Positions 19,420 through 28,545 of a DNA stretch of 45,439 bases are shown here, one piece after another; the stretch's first letter is position 1; every line of letters starts with the position of its first letter. Both the position numbers and the translations under genes were made by a program. The DNA is from Pseudomonadota bacterium (GTDB lineage Bacteria > Pseudomonadota > Gammaproteobacteria > Burkholderiales > JALYOK01), in contig JANNFT010000253.1 in NCBI GenBank assembly GCA_031380185.1, positions 1-45,439 of the forward strand, given 5' to 3'. The notes under the pieces are model-generated. The model searched no databases, was not told the DNA's origin, and saw only the letters and a program-made list of their open reading frames with translations.

Positions 19420-19848
19420 TTATTGCCGCGGAATTTCCAGCAATCGGCTACCCAGTAATCGATCGTGCAAAAATTGTTGCTCGTGATCAATTAGCGCCCA
19501 CCAAGTCGTTAACCCACCCAGGGCAATTCCTACGCATGCAAGCGCGAATCTCAGCAGCGCTTGAGTGGGTGTGAGCAATCCGCCATCGCGATTCTGCAAT
19601 TTGATTCGCCAGGTTTTCATTGCGAGTGTTTGACCTGATTTGCACCAGAACCAGCAAAAATAGACCGCCATCACCGCGAACAAATAGACGCGCAATAACG
19701 GCGAAAGGTCGGGATGCCGCGGAAAATTGGTTACGTAGATAAATGCGAAGCCGGTGATAAACAGCACCGCGGCGAGCAACAGCGCGTCGTATAACATGCA
19801 GAAAATACGCCGGACGAAGCTGGGCGTTGCGATTGCTGATTGAGGCAT
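19420..19848 (-). CDS. RDD family membrane protein
   Basis: 142 aa with three TM helices and conserved R...D...D spacing (RRIFCMLYDALLL ... HDRLLGSRL). Confidence 0.65.
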   Translation of the reverse strand: MPQSAIATPSFVRRIFCMLYDALLLAAVLFITGFAFIYVTNFPRHPDLSPLLRVYLFAVMAVYFCWFWCKSGQTLAMKTWRIKLQNRDGGLLTPTQALLRFALACVGIALGGLTTWWALIDHEQQFLHDRLLGSRLLEIPRQ

Positions 19849-19907
19849 AGCGGCACGGCAGAACTATTGACCGGCAGTCGCGAGACCGGCCGGGAAAAAA
19901 CTAAAAT

Positions 19908-20261
19908 CTAACGCTCCTGCGAGCGGAGCTTCTCTTTGAGTTTCTGTTGTTGATCGGGTGGCAGACTCTTGATCTTGTCGAAATTTTCGCGCGCCGCCTT
20001 GCGCGATGCCGGATCGAGTTTTCCCCACTCGGGTAAGCGCGCACGGAACTTTTCTTGCTCTGCCGGCGACATTTTCGGATAGTGCTTTGCGGCTTCGAGT
20101 AAGTGGGTGCGCTCTTCGGGTGGTAAGCTATTCCATTGCCCGGCGAGCGGCGCGAGCACGGATTTTTCGGCGCTGCCGACGCCGTTCCAGTCCTGGGCGC
20201 CGACCGCGCCGGACAGCACCAAGAGACCGATCGCTATTGCTTGGCGTTGTCTCTGAGCCAT
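19908..20261 (-). CDS. DUF3106-like periplasmic protein
   Basis: Signal peptide followed by repeated helical 'PxxxQ/R...F' units (LPPEERTHLLEAAKHYPKMSPAEQEKFRARLPEW...). The genomic context matches the sigma-DUF3619-DUF3106-RDD module. Confidence 0.6.
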   Translation of the reverse strand: MAQRQRQAIAIGLLVLSGAVGAQDWNGVGSAEKSVLAPLAGQWNSLPPEERTHLLEAAKHYPKMSPAEQEKFRARLPEWGKLDPASRKAARENFDKIKSLPPDQQQKLKEKLRSQER

Positions 20262-20608
20262 GTGTCGAAATCTTGTTGGGTGAAGGTATGCAGCGGCATA
20301 TCGCTCGCCAAAATCTGCGCGTCGATCGGGAATTTTTCCCGTTCGGTTTCTTGGAAAAAATTCACGCTAATTGCCAACGCCAGCAGCGCTGCGAATCCAC
20401 CCCAGGCCAGGCGCGGGTTATGGAACAGCCGCTCGCTCCAGCGACCGCCCGTCGCACCATCCGCGTGCGCCAACACCGGTTCGCTGCGATAGGCTTCCAA
20501 GGCGCGTTCACGCGCTGCCTTCAACCGGGCGAGGCTAACGGTATCTAACTGTTGGGCACTACGATTAAGTTGCTGGGCAACTTTTTTGGCGAAATCCAGC
20601 TCGTTCAT
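20234..20608 (-). CDS. DUF3619-like putative anti-sigma/membrane protein
   Basis: 124 aa with one central TM helix (WGGFAALLALAISVNFF). ATGA overlap with the stop of the upstream ECF sigma gene. Confidence 0.55.
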   Translation of the reverse strand: MNELDFAKKVAQQLNRSAQQLDTVSLARLKAARERALEAYRSEPVLAHADGATGGRWSERLFHNPRLAWGGFAALLALAISVNFFQETEREKFPIDAQILASDMPLHTFTQQDFDTWLRDNAKQ

Positions 20609-21156
20609 AGGGTGATACCTTTAGCTTTTAGCGTGGCGGCTAAGGCTTGCACGGCACGAGAACAATGGGTTTTTACGCTACCTTCGGAACACCCCATCGC
20701 CGCCGCGGTCTCAGCCACGTCGAACTCTTCCCAATAACGCAGTAGGAAGGCCTCCCGTTGACGCGTCGGGAGTTTCTTCACGGCTGCCTCGATCGCTCCA
20801 AGCACTTGTTTTTGCTCGAGTTGTGCCGGCGGCGTGGCGCCCACGCCATTAGTGGATTCTACCTCAAGTGTTTCCAACGGGTCACGATCTTCTTCATCAC
20901 TGTCTTTACCCGTTAAGCTAGAGAATAGCGTAGTCCAGGTCGAACGCACTTTTTGGCGGCGAAAATAGTCGCGCGTTGTGTTCTGCACGATGCGAGTAAA
21001 CAACATTGGCAACTCTTCGATCGGCTTGCCGCTGTATTTTTCCGTCAGCTTGAGCATGGAATCTTGGACAATGTCGAGCGCCACTTCCTGATCGCGAACA
21101 GCAAATAGCGCCAGCTTATAAGCGCGGCGTTCAGACGACGCCAGAAAGTCCGACAT
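20605..21156 (-). CDS. ECF-type RNA polymerase sigma-70 family factor
   Basis: Region 2 (ALDIVQDSMLKLTEKY...RIVQNTTRDYFRR) and region 4 HTH (LPTRQREAFLLRYWEEFDVAETAAAMGCSEGSVKTHCSRA). The track ORF extends to 21318, but that N-terminus is non-homologous-looking. The start is taken as the ATG at 21156; an in-frame CTG at 21174 sits 4 nt after a GGGGAG. Confidence 0.8.
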   Translation of the reverse strand: MSDFLASSERRAYKLALFAVRDQEVALDIVQDSMLKLTEKYSGKPIEELPMLFTRIVQNTTRDYFRRQKVRSTWTTLFSSLTGKDSDEEDRDPLETLEVESTNGVGATPPAQLEQKQVLGAIEAAVKKLPTRQREAFLLRYWEEFDVAETAAAMGCSEGSVKTHCSRAVQALAATLKAKGITL

Positions 21157-21271
21157 TTCCTGGTAGGTTGCCAGAGTACTCCCCCTAGATATTTTACAAT
21201 GCGCCGCTTTCAGATAACACGGCGCGCCAAACCCGCATCTTAACAAATGTGCCTGATATTGCGGACATTCG

Positions 21272-21484
21272 TTGGTGCACCAATTCAACGAGCTCCAAGA
21301 TGTGGACGCGACGGGCAAGCCTCGGTATCCGGGCGCGCATATGCTGAAATGGGCGTTGCGTGAGCCGGGCGAGTTCTATCGATTGGCGGCTCGGCTCATC
21401 CCGACCGAGCTTCAGGGGACTGCACCCATCACTGTTCAGATAGTCAAATTTGCCGACCTTCCAGATTCCGACGAGATCGAATGA
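21272..21484 (+). pseudogene. possible remnant of a phage/ICE-type gene (TTG-initiated 70-aa ORF)
   Basis: The segment EPGEFYRLAARLIPTELQG resembles a motif I associate with small phage/ICE proteins. There is no ATG start and no SD, and it lies in a 500-bp gap. Weak evidence. Confidence 0.2.
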
Positions 21485-21657
21485 TGGGCGAATTCCTAGG
21501 GCCAATGGCCCGCCCGCCCCACGCCAGGCCAATTACACAACACCGTTTCAACCGCCCTCGATAGAACAGTTTAATCCATTTAAAAAAATATTATAAATCG
21601 GTGACCTACGGCGTGAAAAAGATGTAATCTCTAGTATCTTTTTAAGGAACTCCTGTT

Positions 21658-22389
21658 ATGAGCGCAATAGAAAAAGCGACGCGAGAGTTTGCCAGCACCC
21701 ACATTTTGAGTTCGCGCCAAGAAATATTGGATATGCTTAAAGCGGGCGCCGCAAAACATGCGCAGGCTATTGTCTCCTTTGTCGATGGTAGCACCGCACT
21801 CGCCTCGAAGCTCGCCGACATCAACCTACACTTCGAGGAAATAATTTTGGTGGATGGGCTAGCGCCCACAAGCTCACTTGTGACTCTTCCGCGAGCAGCA
21901 CCCGACTTAGTCACCATATTGAGCGAGAAAAACAAACTACAGTTCCACATTGACCATATCGAGCGAACGGTTTTCGAAGACAAGCCCGCGCTGCGGGTAC
22001 GTATTCCCAAGATGGTGTATTGTTCCGAGCGCCGCGAGAGTGCGCGAATTTCCCCGCCTCTGGATCAATCGTTAGGGTGTCTCGTTCCTGAGAATAGCTC
22101 ACCGCAACAGGCCGAGGTGGAACTACCGGTAATTGACATCAGCCCCGGTGGAATTTCCCTCATGGCGCACCCGCTGAAACTTCAGGTCCATGTCGGTAAA
22201 GAATTGCGCGGTTGCAAGCTCGCCTTGCCTGACATCGGCGATACCACTTTCAATGTAGTCATTCGCAGCATCACCGAAGCTTCCCCGGCACTAGAAGGGC
22301 GCCGTTGCGGTTGCCAATTTTCGGAGATCGGCGAAGAAACGCTCGTGCTAATCCAACGCTACGTCGACTTGCATCGCGACAAGAATTAG
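21658..22389 (+). CDS. YcgR-like PilZ-domain c-di-GMP receptor (flagellar-brake-like)
   Basis: Has an N-terminal YcgR-N-like half. The C-terminal PilZ domain carries both signature motifs: RRESAR (RxxxR) and DISPGGIS (DxSxxG). The upstream region is AT-rich with AAGGA 11 nt before the ATG. Confidence 0.8.
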   Translation: MSAIEKATREFASTHILSSRQEILDMLKAGAAKHAQAIVSFVDGSTALASKLADINLHFEEIILVDGLAPTSSLVTLPRAAPDLVTILSEKNKLQFHIDHIERTVFEDKPALRVRIPKMVYCSERRESARISPPLDQSLGCLVPENSSPQQAEVELPVIDISPGGISLMAHPLKLQVHVGKELRGCKLALPDIGDTTFNVVIRSITEASPALEGRRCGCQFSEIGEETLVLIQRYVDLHRDKN

Positions 22390-22513
22390 TAGTGGGTTGC
22401 GCAGTTGCGGTTACTGGACATACTTGATGAATGCAACCTGCAATACGCTTTACGCCGGCTGCCATGTAAACGCCAGGCGCGGCGTTGTAATGCGGCACGA
22501 ATGCCACACGGCG

Positions 22514-22639
22514 ATCCAGGAAGGTGAAGAGCAGTTGATCATCATCTTCACGATGGCGAGAGATTGGGCCTAGAGGGCGTAGCGTCCGCACATGATGTGA
22601 GCCGGGGTGGTGAGGAAATGAGTGAGGCGGTAAGAGCAG
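22514..22639 (-). pseudogene. possible C-terminal fragment of a tyrosine recombinase/integrase
   Basis: The minus-strand translation PPHSFPHHPGSHHVRTLRPLGPISRHREDDDQLLFTFL loosely matches integrase box II (HxLRHxxA...G....I...LGH....T..Y.H). The catalytic R and Y positions are substituted. No N-terminal part is present. Confidence 0.25.
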
Positions 22640-22840
22640 CAGGGATCGAGATGTGCTACTTAAGAACTCCGAACGATGCAAGGCTTTATGCTAAGACCGA
22701 TCTGGGCGAGAATGGCGCTTCCGTGCTTTGCATTTCCTAATCTTGACCGCCGTTACCTAGAAAAAAAGCGGGTATTTAAGCGGGTATCCCTGCGAAATTA
22801 TGGTAAATACTATCATATAAAACAATAGAATAGGCAAGAT

Positions 22841-23404
22841 ATGTTACTCATGATCGATAATTACGATTCCTTCACTTACAACCTCGTGCAATACCTCGGC
22901 GAGTTGGGCGAAGAGGTGGTGGTTCACCGCAACGATGAGATTACGCTCGAACAAATCGCAGCGCTCAAACCCGATCGCATCGTGATTTCACCGGGACCGT
23001 GCACGCCCAACGAAGCGGGCGTGTCGGTTGCGCTGATCAAGGAATTCGCCGGAAAAATTCCGATCTTAGGCGTGTGCCTGGGCCATCAAAGTATTGGTCA
23101 GGCGTTTGGCGGCAAAATCGTTCACGCTCAGCAACTGATGCACGGCAAAACTTCACAGATTCATCATAAGCGCGACGGCGTATTCAAGGACTTGCCTAAT
23201 CCCTACCGCGCGACACGCTATCACTCTCTGGTAATTGAGCGTGGATCATTGCCGGAATGTCTGGACGTTAGCGCGTGGACCGAGGACGGCGAAATCATGG
23301 GTGTGCGGCACAAAAGCCTAGCGGTCGAGGGGGTGCAGTTTCACCCGGAATCGATCTTGACCGAGCACGGTCACGCGTTGCTGCAGAACTTCACGCGTCA
23401 GTAA
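22841..23404 (+). CDS. glutamine amidotransferase subunit of anthranilate/aminodeoxychorismate synthase (TrpG/PabA family)
   Basis: 187 aa with class I GATase motifs: ILGVCLGHQ (catalytic Cys) and GVQFHPES (His/Glu). It is not flanked by trpE/trpD, so the TrpG versus PabA role is unresolved. Confidence 0.9.
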   Translation: MLLMIDNYDSFTYNLVQYLGELGEEVVVHRNDEITLEQIAALKPDRIVISPGPCTPNEAGVSVALIKEFAGKIPILGVCLGHQSIGQAFGGKIVHAQQLMHGKTSQIHHKRDGVFKDLPNPYRATRYHSLVIERGSLPECLDVSAWTEDGEIMGVRHKSLAVEGVQFHPESILTEHGHALLQNFTRQ

Positions 23405-23514
23405 CTATTAATTTTAGACCCGCTGGTTAGGACTCTATTTGCGGCGCTCACCCGACAGCGCGGCGAGTTGATCGCAAAAGGGGATAGCCCTTCGCCATTA
23501 AGTCCGACCGGCGC

Positions 23515-23760
23515 CTACAGTTGTAAAAACGGATAGCGGCCAGTGACATTCGCCCCTTGATCGCGTTCGCGCGACGCCATCGCGTCCCTATGCCAGCGCA
23601 AAAAGCGCCGCATATCGGCGCCCAGTTCGGGAACCTGCTCACGCTTAATGATGATGTCAACCGGCGGTTTGCTTGCGCCGGGCGATGCGCCCTCCTTGGC
23701 GAACGCGCTGCTTGTCAGGCCGAATAGTGCCATTACCAAACAAAATTGAACGAATTTCAT
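23515..23760 (-). CDS. small secreted hypothetical protein
   Basis: From the internal ATG at 23760 the ORF starts with a signal peptide (MKFVQFCLVMALFGLTSSAFA/KE). It is the only plausible coding unit in a 730-bp gap. Confidence 0.4.
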   Translation of the reverse strand: MKFVQFCLVMALFGLTSSAFAKEGASPGASKPPVDIIIKREQVPELGADMRRFLRWHRDAMASRERDQGANVTGRYPFLQL

Positions 23761-24087
23761 GGAGCCCCCACGTCGACAGAATTTGTACATGCAGTTTCTA
23801 TGCGATAGCGTAACGAATACTTTAAATAATTTCCATATTTACTTTATCCCCAGGCGACAAAAGAATGCAAATTTGGATTCTGATTTGCGGAGCACGGATT
23901 TTAAATGTATGAACCGCTAGCAGGAACATGGGTACCGCGAAGTTCAGCACAATCCGCGGCGACATGCCTTTTTGAATGTCAAAAATCGCTCGCAACCGCC
24001 TAACCGCTCACCTGCGACCGATCAGGTTCGAATTGGTTGACTGACGCCCATGAAGAAACGCCATAAGACAAACGCAGTAGACGCGAA

Positions 24088-24096
24088 TGCTATAAT
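24088..24096 (+). promoter_or_regulatory. candidate extended -10 promoter element for hemA
   Basis: TGcTATAAT lies 38 nt upstream of the hemA ATG. No good -35 was seen. Confidence 0.3.
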
Positions 24097-24133
24097 TTAA
24101 GGTTCACAATATAACCGTTTCCGCTCAATCGCC

Positions 24134-25399
24134 ATGGCGGTTTCGCAGCATATTTTCACATTAGGCATCAACCATCAAAACGCGCCGGTCGCGATACGCG
24201 AACGCATGGCCTTCCCGCCGGAGTCGCTGACGCCGGCGTTGCGTGAGCTAGTGCAATTACCCGGCGTGTCTGAGGGCGCAATCCTGTCGACTTGCAATCG
24301 CACGGAAATCTATTGCCATGCGAGCACACCGGAATCGGTTTCCCGTTGGTTGACCCGCTATCACGCGCTGGAATCCCACCACGTCGAACCCTATCTTTAT
24401 CAACACGCAGATGATACGGCGGTAAAGCATGCGTTTCGGGTCGCCTCGGGATTGGATTCCATGGTCATTGGCGAACCGCAGATTTTGGGCCAGGTGAAAG
24501 AAGCCGCCCGCGCCGCACGAGAATCGGGCACGCTCGGCTTATTGCTCGACAAGCTGTTTCAAACTACATTCTCGGTCGCCAAAGAAGTTCGCAGCACTAC
24601 AGAAATCGGCGCGAACTCCGTTTCAATGGCGGCGGCCGCACTCAAACTCGCAAACCGTATTTTCGGCAGCATCAAAGATCAGCGCGTGTTGTTGATCGGC
24701 GCCGGCGAAATGATCGAACTCGTCGCAACGCACTTCGCGGCGCAAGCGCCGAAACACTTAACCGTCGCCAACCGCACGCTGGAACGCGCCAAATATTTGG
24801 CCGAAAAGTTTCGCGGCAGTGCGATTACCCTGGGCGAATTGCCCGAGCATATCGCCGCTCACGACATTATCATCACCTCGACCGCCAGCCCTTTACCGAT
24901 ACTCGGCAAAGGGCTGATCGAGCGCGCCATCAAGCAGCGCAAACATCGACCGATCTTTATGGTGGATCTAGCCGTACCGCGCGATATCGAGCCGGAAGTC
25001 GCCGACTTGCGCGACGTGTTCCTCTATACGGTCGACGATCTCGGCGCAGTCGTGCAAGAAGGGCTGGGGAAGCGCGAATCGGCAGTGGCGGCGGCGGAAT
25101 CTATTATCGACTATCGCGTCACGGAATTCGCCCAATGGCTCGACGCGCGCGCGTCGGTTCCTACCATTCGTCAATTGCGCGCGCGCGCCGAGCAATATCG
25201 CGTGACCGAGTTGGAGCGGGCGCAGCGCTTGCTCGCGAAAGGGGAAAATCCCGCGCAAGTGATCGATGCGCTAAGTCGTGGCCTGATGAATAAATTCATG
25301 CACCATCCGACTCGCGCGCTACACGATGTTGACACCGGCGAACGCGCCGAACTCATTCGACTCCTCAATCAGTTGTTCCCCAGCGCCGAACAAGAATGA
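24134..25399 (+). CDS. hemA: glutamyl-tRNA reductase
   Basis: Catalytic Cys motif [10 protein letters not shown], Rossmann LLIGAGEM and a C-terminal dimerisation helix. Confidence 0.95.
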   Translation: MAVSQHIFTLGINHQNAPVAIRERMAFPPESLTPALRELVQLPGVSEGAILSTCNRTEIYCHASTPESVSRWLTRYHALESHHVEPYLYQHADDTAVKHAFRVASGLDSMVIGEPQILGQVKEAARAARESGTLGLLLDKLFQTTFSVAKEVRSTTEIGANSVSMAAAALKLANRIFGSIKDQRVLLIGAGEMIELVATHFAAQAPKHLTVANRTLERAKYLAEKFRGSAITLGELPEHIAAHDIIITSTASPLPILGKGLIERAIKQRKHRPIFMVDLAVPRDIEPEVADLRDVFLYTVDDLGAVVQEGLGKRESAVAAAESIIDYRVTEFAQWLDARASVPTIRQLRARAEQYRVTELERAQRLLAKGENPAQVIDALSRGLMNKFMHHPTRALHDVDTGERAELIRLLNQLFPSAEQE

Positions 25400-26478
25400 A
25401 AGCTTCAATACAACAAAAGCTCCTGTCTCTCAAGGACCGGCTGGGCGAACTCGACAAGCAATTATCGAGCGAGGCCGTCACGGCGAGCATGGACAACTAT
25501 CGGAAATTGACCAGGGAACACGCGGAAATATCGCCGGTTGTCGCATTGTTTCAGGAATATCAAACCACCGAGGGCGACATCGCGGCTGCCCAGGAAATGT
25601 CGAACGATCCCGACATGCGCGAATACGCCGAAGCGGAAATCAGAAGTGGTAAAGATAAACTCGTCGCGCTGGAAAAGGATTTGCAGACGCTGTTGTTGCC
25701 GAAAGATCCTAACGACGAGCGCAATATTTTTCTGGAGATTCGCGCTGGTACCGGCGGCGACGAGAGCGCGTTGTTTTCCGGCGATTTGTTCCGTATGTAC
25801 ACGCGCTTCGCCGAACGCAATCGTTGGCAGGTAGAAATTATTTCCGAGAGCTTGGGTGAGGTCGGCGGCTATAAAGAAATTATCGCGAAAATCATCGGCC
25901 AAGGCGCCTATTCAAAACTGAAATTCGAATCCGGCGGCCACCGTGTGCAGCGCGTGCCGGACACGGAAACGCAGGGACGCATTCATACTTCCGCGTGCAC
26001 GGTCGCGATCCTGCCGGAAGTAGACGATGTCAGCGACGTCGTGATCAATCCGTCGGAAATTCGCATCGACACCTTCCGCGCCAGCGGCGCCGGAGGCCAG
26101 CATATCAACAAGACCGACTCGGCCGTACGCATCACACACTTGCCGACAGGAATTGTTGTCGAGTGTCAGGACGGACGCTCGCAGCACAAAAATAAAGCGC
26201 AAGCGATGTCCGTACTCGTGGCACGCATTAAGGACAAGCAAGAACGTGAACAGCACGCCAAGCAAGCCGCTCAGCGCAAGTCGCTGATCGGCTCCGGCGA
26301 TCGTTCCGAACGCATCCGTACGTACAATTTTCCACAGGGTCGCGTGACCGATCACCGTATCAATCTGACGTTGTACAAAATAGATTTCATTATGGACGGC
26401 GATATGGCGGAGATATCCAACGCGCTGATGGCGGAGCATCAAGCAGAACAATTAGCGGCATTGGGCGACGCGAATTGA
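25396..26478 (+). CDS. prfA: peptide chain release factor 1
   Basis: GGQ motif ([10 protein letters not shown]), PxT-type tripeptide region ([13 protein letters not shown]) and ATGA overlap with hemA. Confidence 0.95.
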   Translation: MKASIQQKLLSLKDRLGELDKQLSSEAVTASMDNYRKLTREHAEISPVVALFQEYQTTEGDIAAAQEMSNDPDMREYAEAEIRSGKDKLVALEKDLQTLLLPKDPNDERNIFLEIRAGTGGDESALFSGDLFRMYTRFAERNRWQVEIISESLGEVGGYKEIIAKIIGQGAYSKLKFESGGHRVQRVPDTETQGRIHTSACTVAILPEVDDVSDVVINPSEIRIDTFRASGAGGQHINKTDSAVRITHLPTGIVVECQDGRSQHKNKAQAMSVLVARIKDKQEREQHAKQAAQRKSLIGSGDRSERIRTYNFPQGRVTDHRINLTLYKIDFIMDGDMAEISNALMAEHQAEQLAALGDAN

Positions 26479-26496
26479 CCTACAAACCTATACCCT

Positions 26497-26544
26497 CATT
26501 CCCGCAACGGCGGGAATCCAGTCTCGTTAGCCAGCCATAACGAG
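26497..26544. repeat. solo arm of the ATTCCCGC...GCGGGAAT repeat family plus an adjacent second hairpin
   Basis: CATTCCCGCAACGGCGGGAATCCAG (26497-26521) is followed by CTCGTTA-gccagcca-TAACGAG (26523-26544). The second hairpin ends exactly at the prmC TTG start. Confidence 0.5.
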
Positions 26545-27384
26545 TTGATCACAATCACGTCAGCGCTACGATTTGCGCAGCGAGAAGTCGACGCCGTCGA
26601 CGCACGCGCGCTGCTACAACACGTATTAAAAACCACCCGCGCCCACCTAGCCGCACATCCCGAACGTGTCTTGACCAGCTCGGAACAACAACAATTTTGC
26701 GCCGGCATTGCACGAAGAAAAAATGGCGAGCCCGTCGCCTACATCGTTGGCGAGCGGGAATTTTTCGGCCTCGGTTTTATCGTCTCGCCCGCGGTATTGA
26801 TTCCGCGTCCGGAAACAGAGTTACTTGTAGAACAAGCACTGATGCGAATTCCAGAGCATCGACGGGTTCACGTTTTGGATCTCGGGACCGGCAGCGGCGC
26901 GATCGCGATTACCCTCGCTAAACATCGCCCGCGCGCTCAAATCACGGCGATCGACGCCAGCAAAGATGCATTGAAAATCGCCGCCGCCAACGCGCAGCGC
27001 CTGTTGGGAAATCAAGCTTCAACCGTAGAATTGTTGCAAAGCGATTGGTACGACAGCGTGCCGGACGCGCGCTATGACTTAATCCTTGCTAATCCACCCT
27101 ACATTGCGGATGACGATCCGCATCTCGCCCAAGGCGATCTGCGCTTTGAACCACGCCAGGCACTGGCTGCAGGGCCGCATGGATTATCGGCCTTGGCGCA
27201 TATTGTGCAGAACGCCGCGCCCCACTTGGCGCCTGGCGGATGGCTAATTCTGGAACATGGCTACGATCAGCGCGAGGCGTGCGCGGAATTTTTGCAAATA
27301 GCCGGGTTCGTGAATGTTGCGACCCATCGTGATCTCGCGGGCATTGCTCGTGTCAGCGTCGGCCAAGACGCCAGGGAAAACTGA
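26545..27384 (+). CDS. prmC: release factor glutamine N5-methyltransferase
   Basis: SAM motif VLDLGTGSGAIA and catalytic NPPY (LANPPYI). Conserved position after prfA. Confidence 0.9.
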   Translation: MITITSALRFAQREVDAVDARALLQHVLKTTRAHLAAHPERVLTSSEQQQFCAGIARRKNGEPVAYIVGEREFFGLGFIVSPAVLIPRPETELLVEQALMRIPEHRRVHVLDLGTGSGAIAITLAKHRPRAQITAIDASKDALKIAAANAQRLLGNQASTVELLQSDWYDSVPDARYDLILANPPYIADDDPHLAQGDLRFEPRQALAAGPHGLSALAHIVQNAAPHLAPGGWLILEHGYDQREACAEFLQIAGFVNVATHRDLAGIARVSVGQDAREN

Positions 27385-27476
27385 TTCAGGCAACAACAAC
27401 GCTCGATTCGCGCCTGAAAACCCGAGCCAAAATTAGGAGTAAAATGCGAAATTAGATTTTTTCGCAAGGGAACGCA

Positions 27477-27800
27477 ATGAACGTCCAAGACCTGATCCGC
27501 CAGCAAGTCACCAGCCACTCGGTGGTTTTATATATGAAGGGCACGCCGGATTTTCCGCAGTGCGGTTTTTCCGCTAATGCGGTGCGCATTCTCAACACCT
27601 GCGGCGTAAACAATGTTTTCACGGTCAATGTGTTGGATGACCAAGAAATTCGTCAGGGCATCAAGGAGTTTTCGAGCTGGCCGACGATTCCGCAGCTTTA
27701 CGTGAACGGTGAGTTTGTCGGCGGATCGGACATCCTGACCGAAATGTTTCAAAGCGGTGAATTGAAAACGGCGCTCGATGCCGCGAAGGTTACCGCCTAG
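27477..27800 (+). CDS. grxD: monothiol glutaredoxin (Grx4 family)
   Basis: CGFS active site (FPQCGFS), WPTIPQLY and GGSDI. Confidence 0.9.
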   Translation: MNVQDLIRQQVTSHSVVLYMKGTPDFPQCGFSANAVRILNTCGVNNVFTVNVLDDQEIRQGIKEFSSWPTIPQLYVNGEFVGGSDILTEMFQSGELKTALDAAKVTA

Positions 27801-27857
27801 TCAAAATCATGCGCTGAAAGTGAATTCCCGCTGTCGCAGCAACGACAAACGATAAAT

Positions 27858-27881
27858 GGGCCAGAAGTTTGGCCTGTTTTC
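27858..27881 (+). terminator. candidate intrinsic terminator after grxD
   Basis: GGCCA-gaagtt-TGGCC hairpin followed by TGTTTTC. It lies between convergent genes. The stem is short. Confidence 0.35.
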
Positions 27882-27894
27882 ATTAGTTGAAGCG

Positions 27895-28545
27895 CTACTG
27901 CGGTCGGATCTTTCCTTGATCCAAATGCAAGCGGCGTACGTGGGGCAGGTTAATGATTTCGTGGTCGTGGCAAGCGACGACGACGCAATTGTTTTCGCTG
28001 ACGGCTTGTTCGATTAGCTCGATCACGCGATCGCGCGATGCATGATCCAGATTAGCTGTCGGCTCGTCGAACAACATCACCGGCGCTTGCAAAACCCAGG
28101 CCCGCGCCAGCGCAACACGCTGCATTTCGCCGCCGGAAAGGCGCTGTGGTGGCGTGTCGCGCACCTCACCGAGCTTGCCCCACTCGATCGCCGCCTCAAC
28201 GCGCTGTCTGATCTGGGTTGCGGCGATGCCGCGCAACTTCAAACCGTAGGCAATGTTGGCGGCGATGCTGGTGTCGAATAGATACGGATGTTGATGCACG
28301 TATACGACATCGCGCCGCAGCTCGCCGAGCACGTCGCCACCAACCTCTCGGCCTTGATAGCGAATCGCACCAAAATTTGCCGGTTCTAAGCCCGCAAGCG
28401 CTTTTAACAACGTCGTCTTACCGGCGCCATTGTCGCCGGTAAGAACATAGCTCACGCCACGCTCGAATTCCAACTTAGGAATGTTGAGCAACTCCCGTGC
28501 GCCGAAGCGCTTAGCAAATTGCTCAATGACAAACAGCGCCGTCAT
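27895..28545 (-). CDS. tupC: ABC transporter ATP-binding protein (tungstate/molybdate Tup-type)
   Basis: Walker A GDNGAGKTT, signature LSGGEMQR and Walker B VMLFDEP. 4-nt overlap with the upstream permease gene. Confidence 0.7.
   Translation of the reverse strand: MTALFVIEQFAKRFGARELLNIPKLEFERGVSYVLTGDNGAGKTTLLKALAGLEPANFGAIRYQGREVGGDVLGELRRDVVYVHQHPYLFDTSIAANIAYGLKLRGIAATQIRQRVEAAIEWGKLGEVRDTPPQRLSGGEMQRVALARAWVLQAPVMLFDEPTANLDHASRDRVIELIEQAVSENNCVVVACHDHEIINLPHVRRLHLDQGKIRPQ

Noticed and set aside
20605-21318. Full 237-aa version of the ECF sigma ORF
   Set aside because: The first ~50 residues (Cys/Trp-rich, MPVASTSWSSLNWCTNECPQ...) do not resemble sigma-70 region 1 or 2. The conserved part begins near 21156-21174.
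22271-22681. 136-aa minus-strand ORF as a genuine gene
   Set aside because: It overlaps the 3' end of the PilZ gene, has no SD and has a skewed composition. Only a short internal stretch looks integrase-like, so it is treated as a possible pseudogene fragment.
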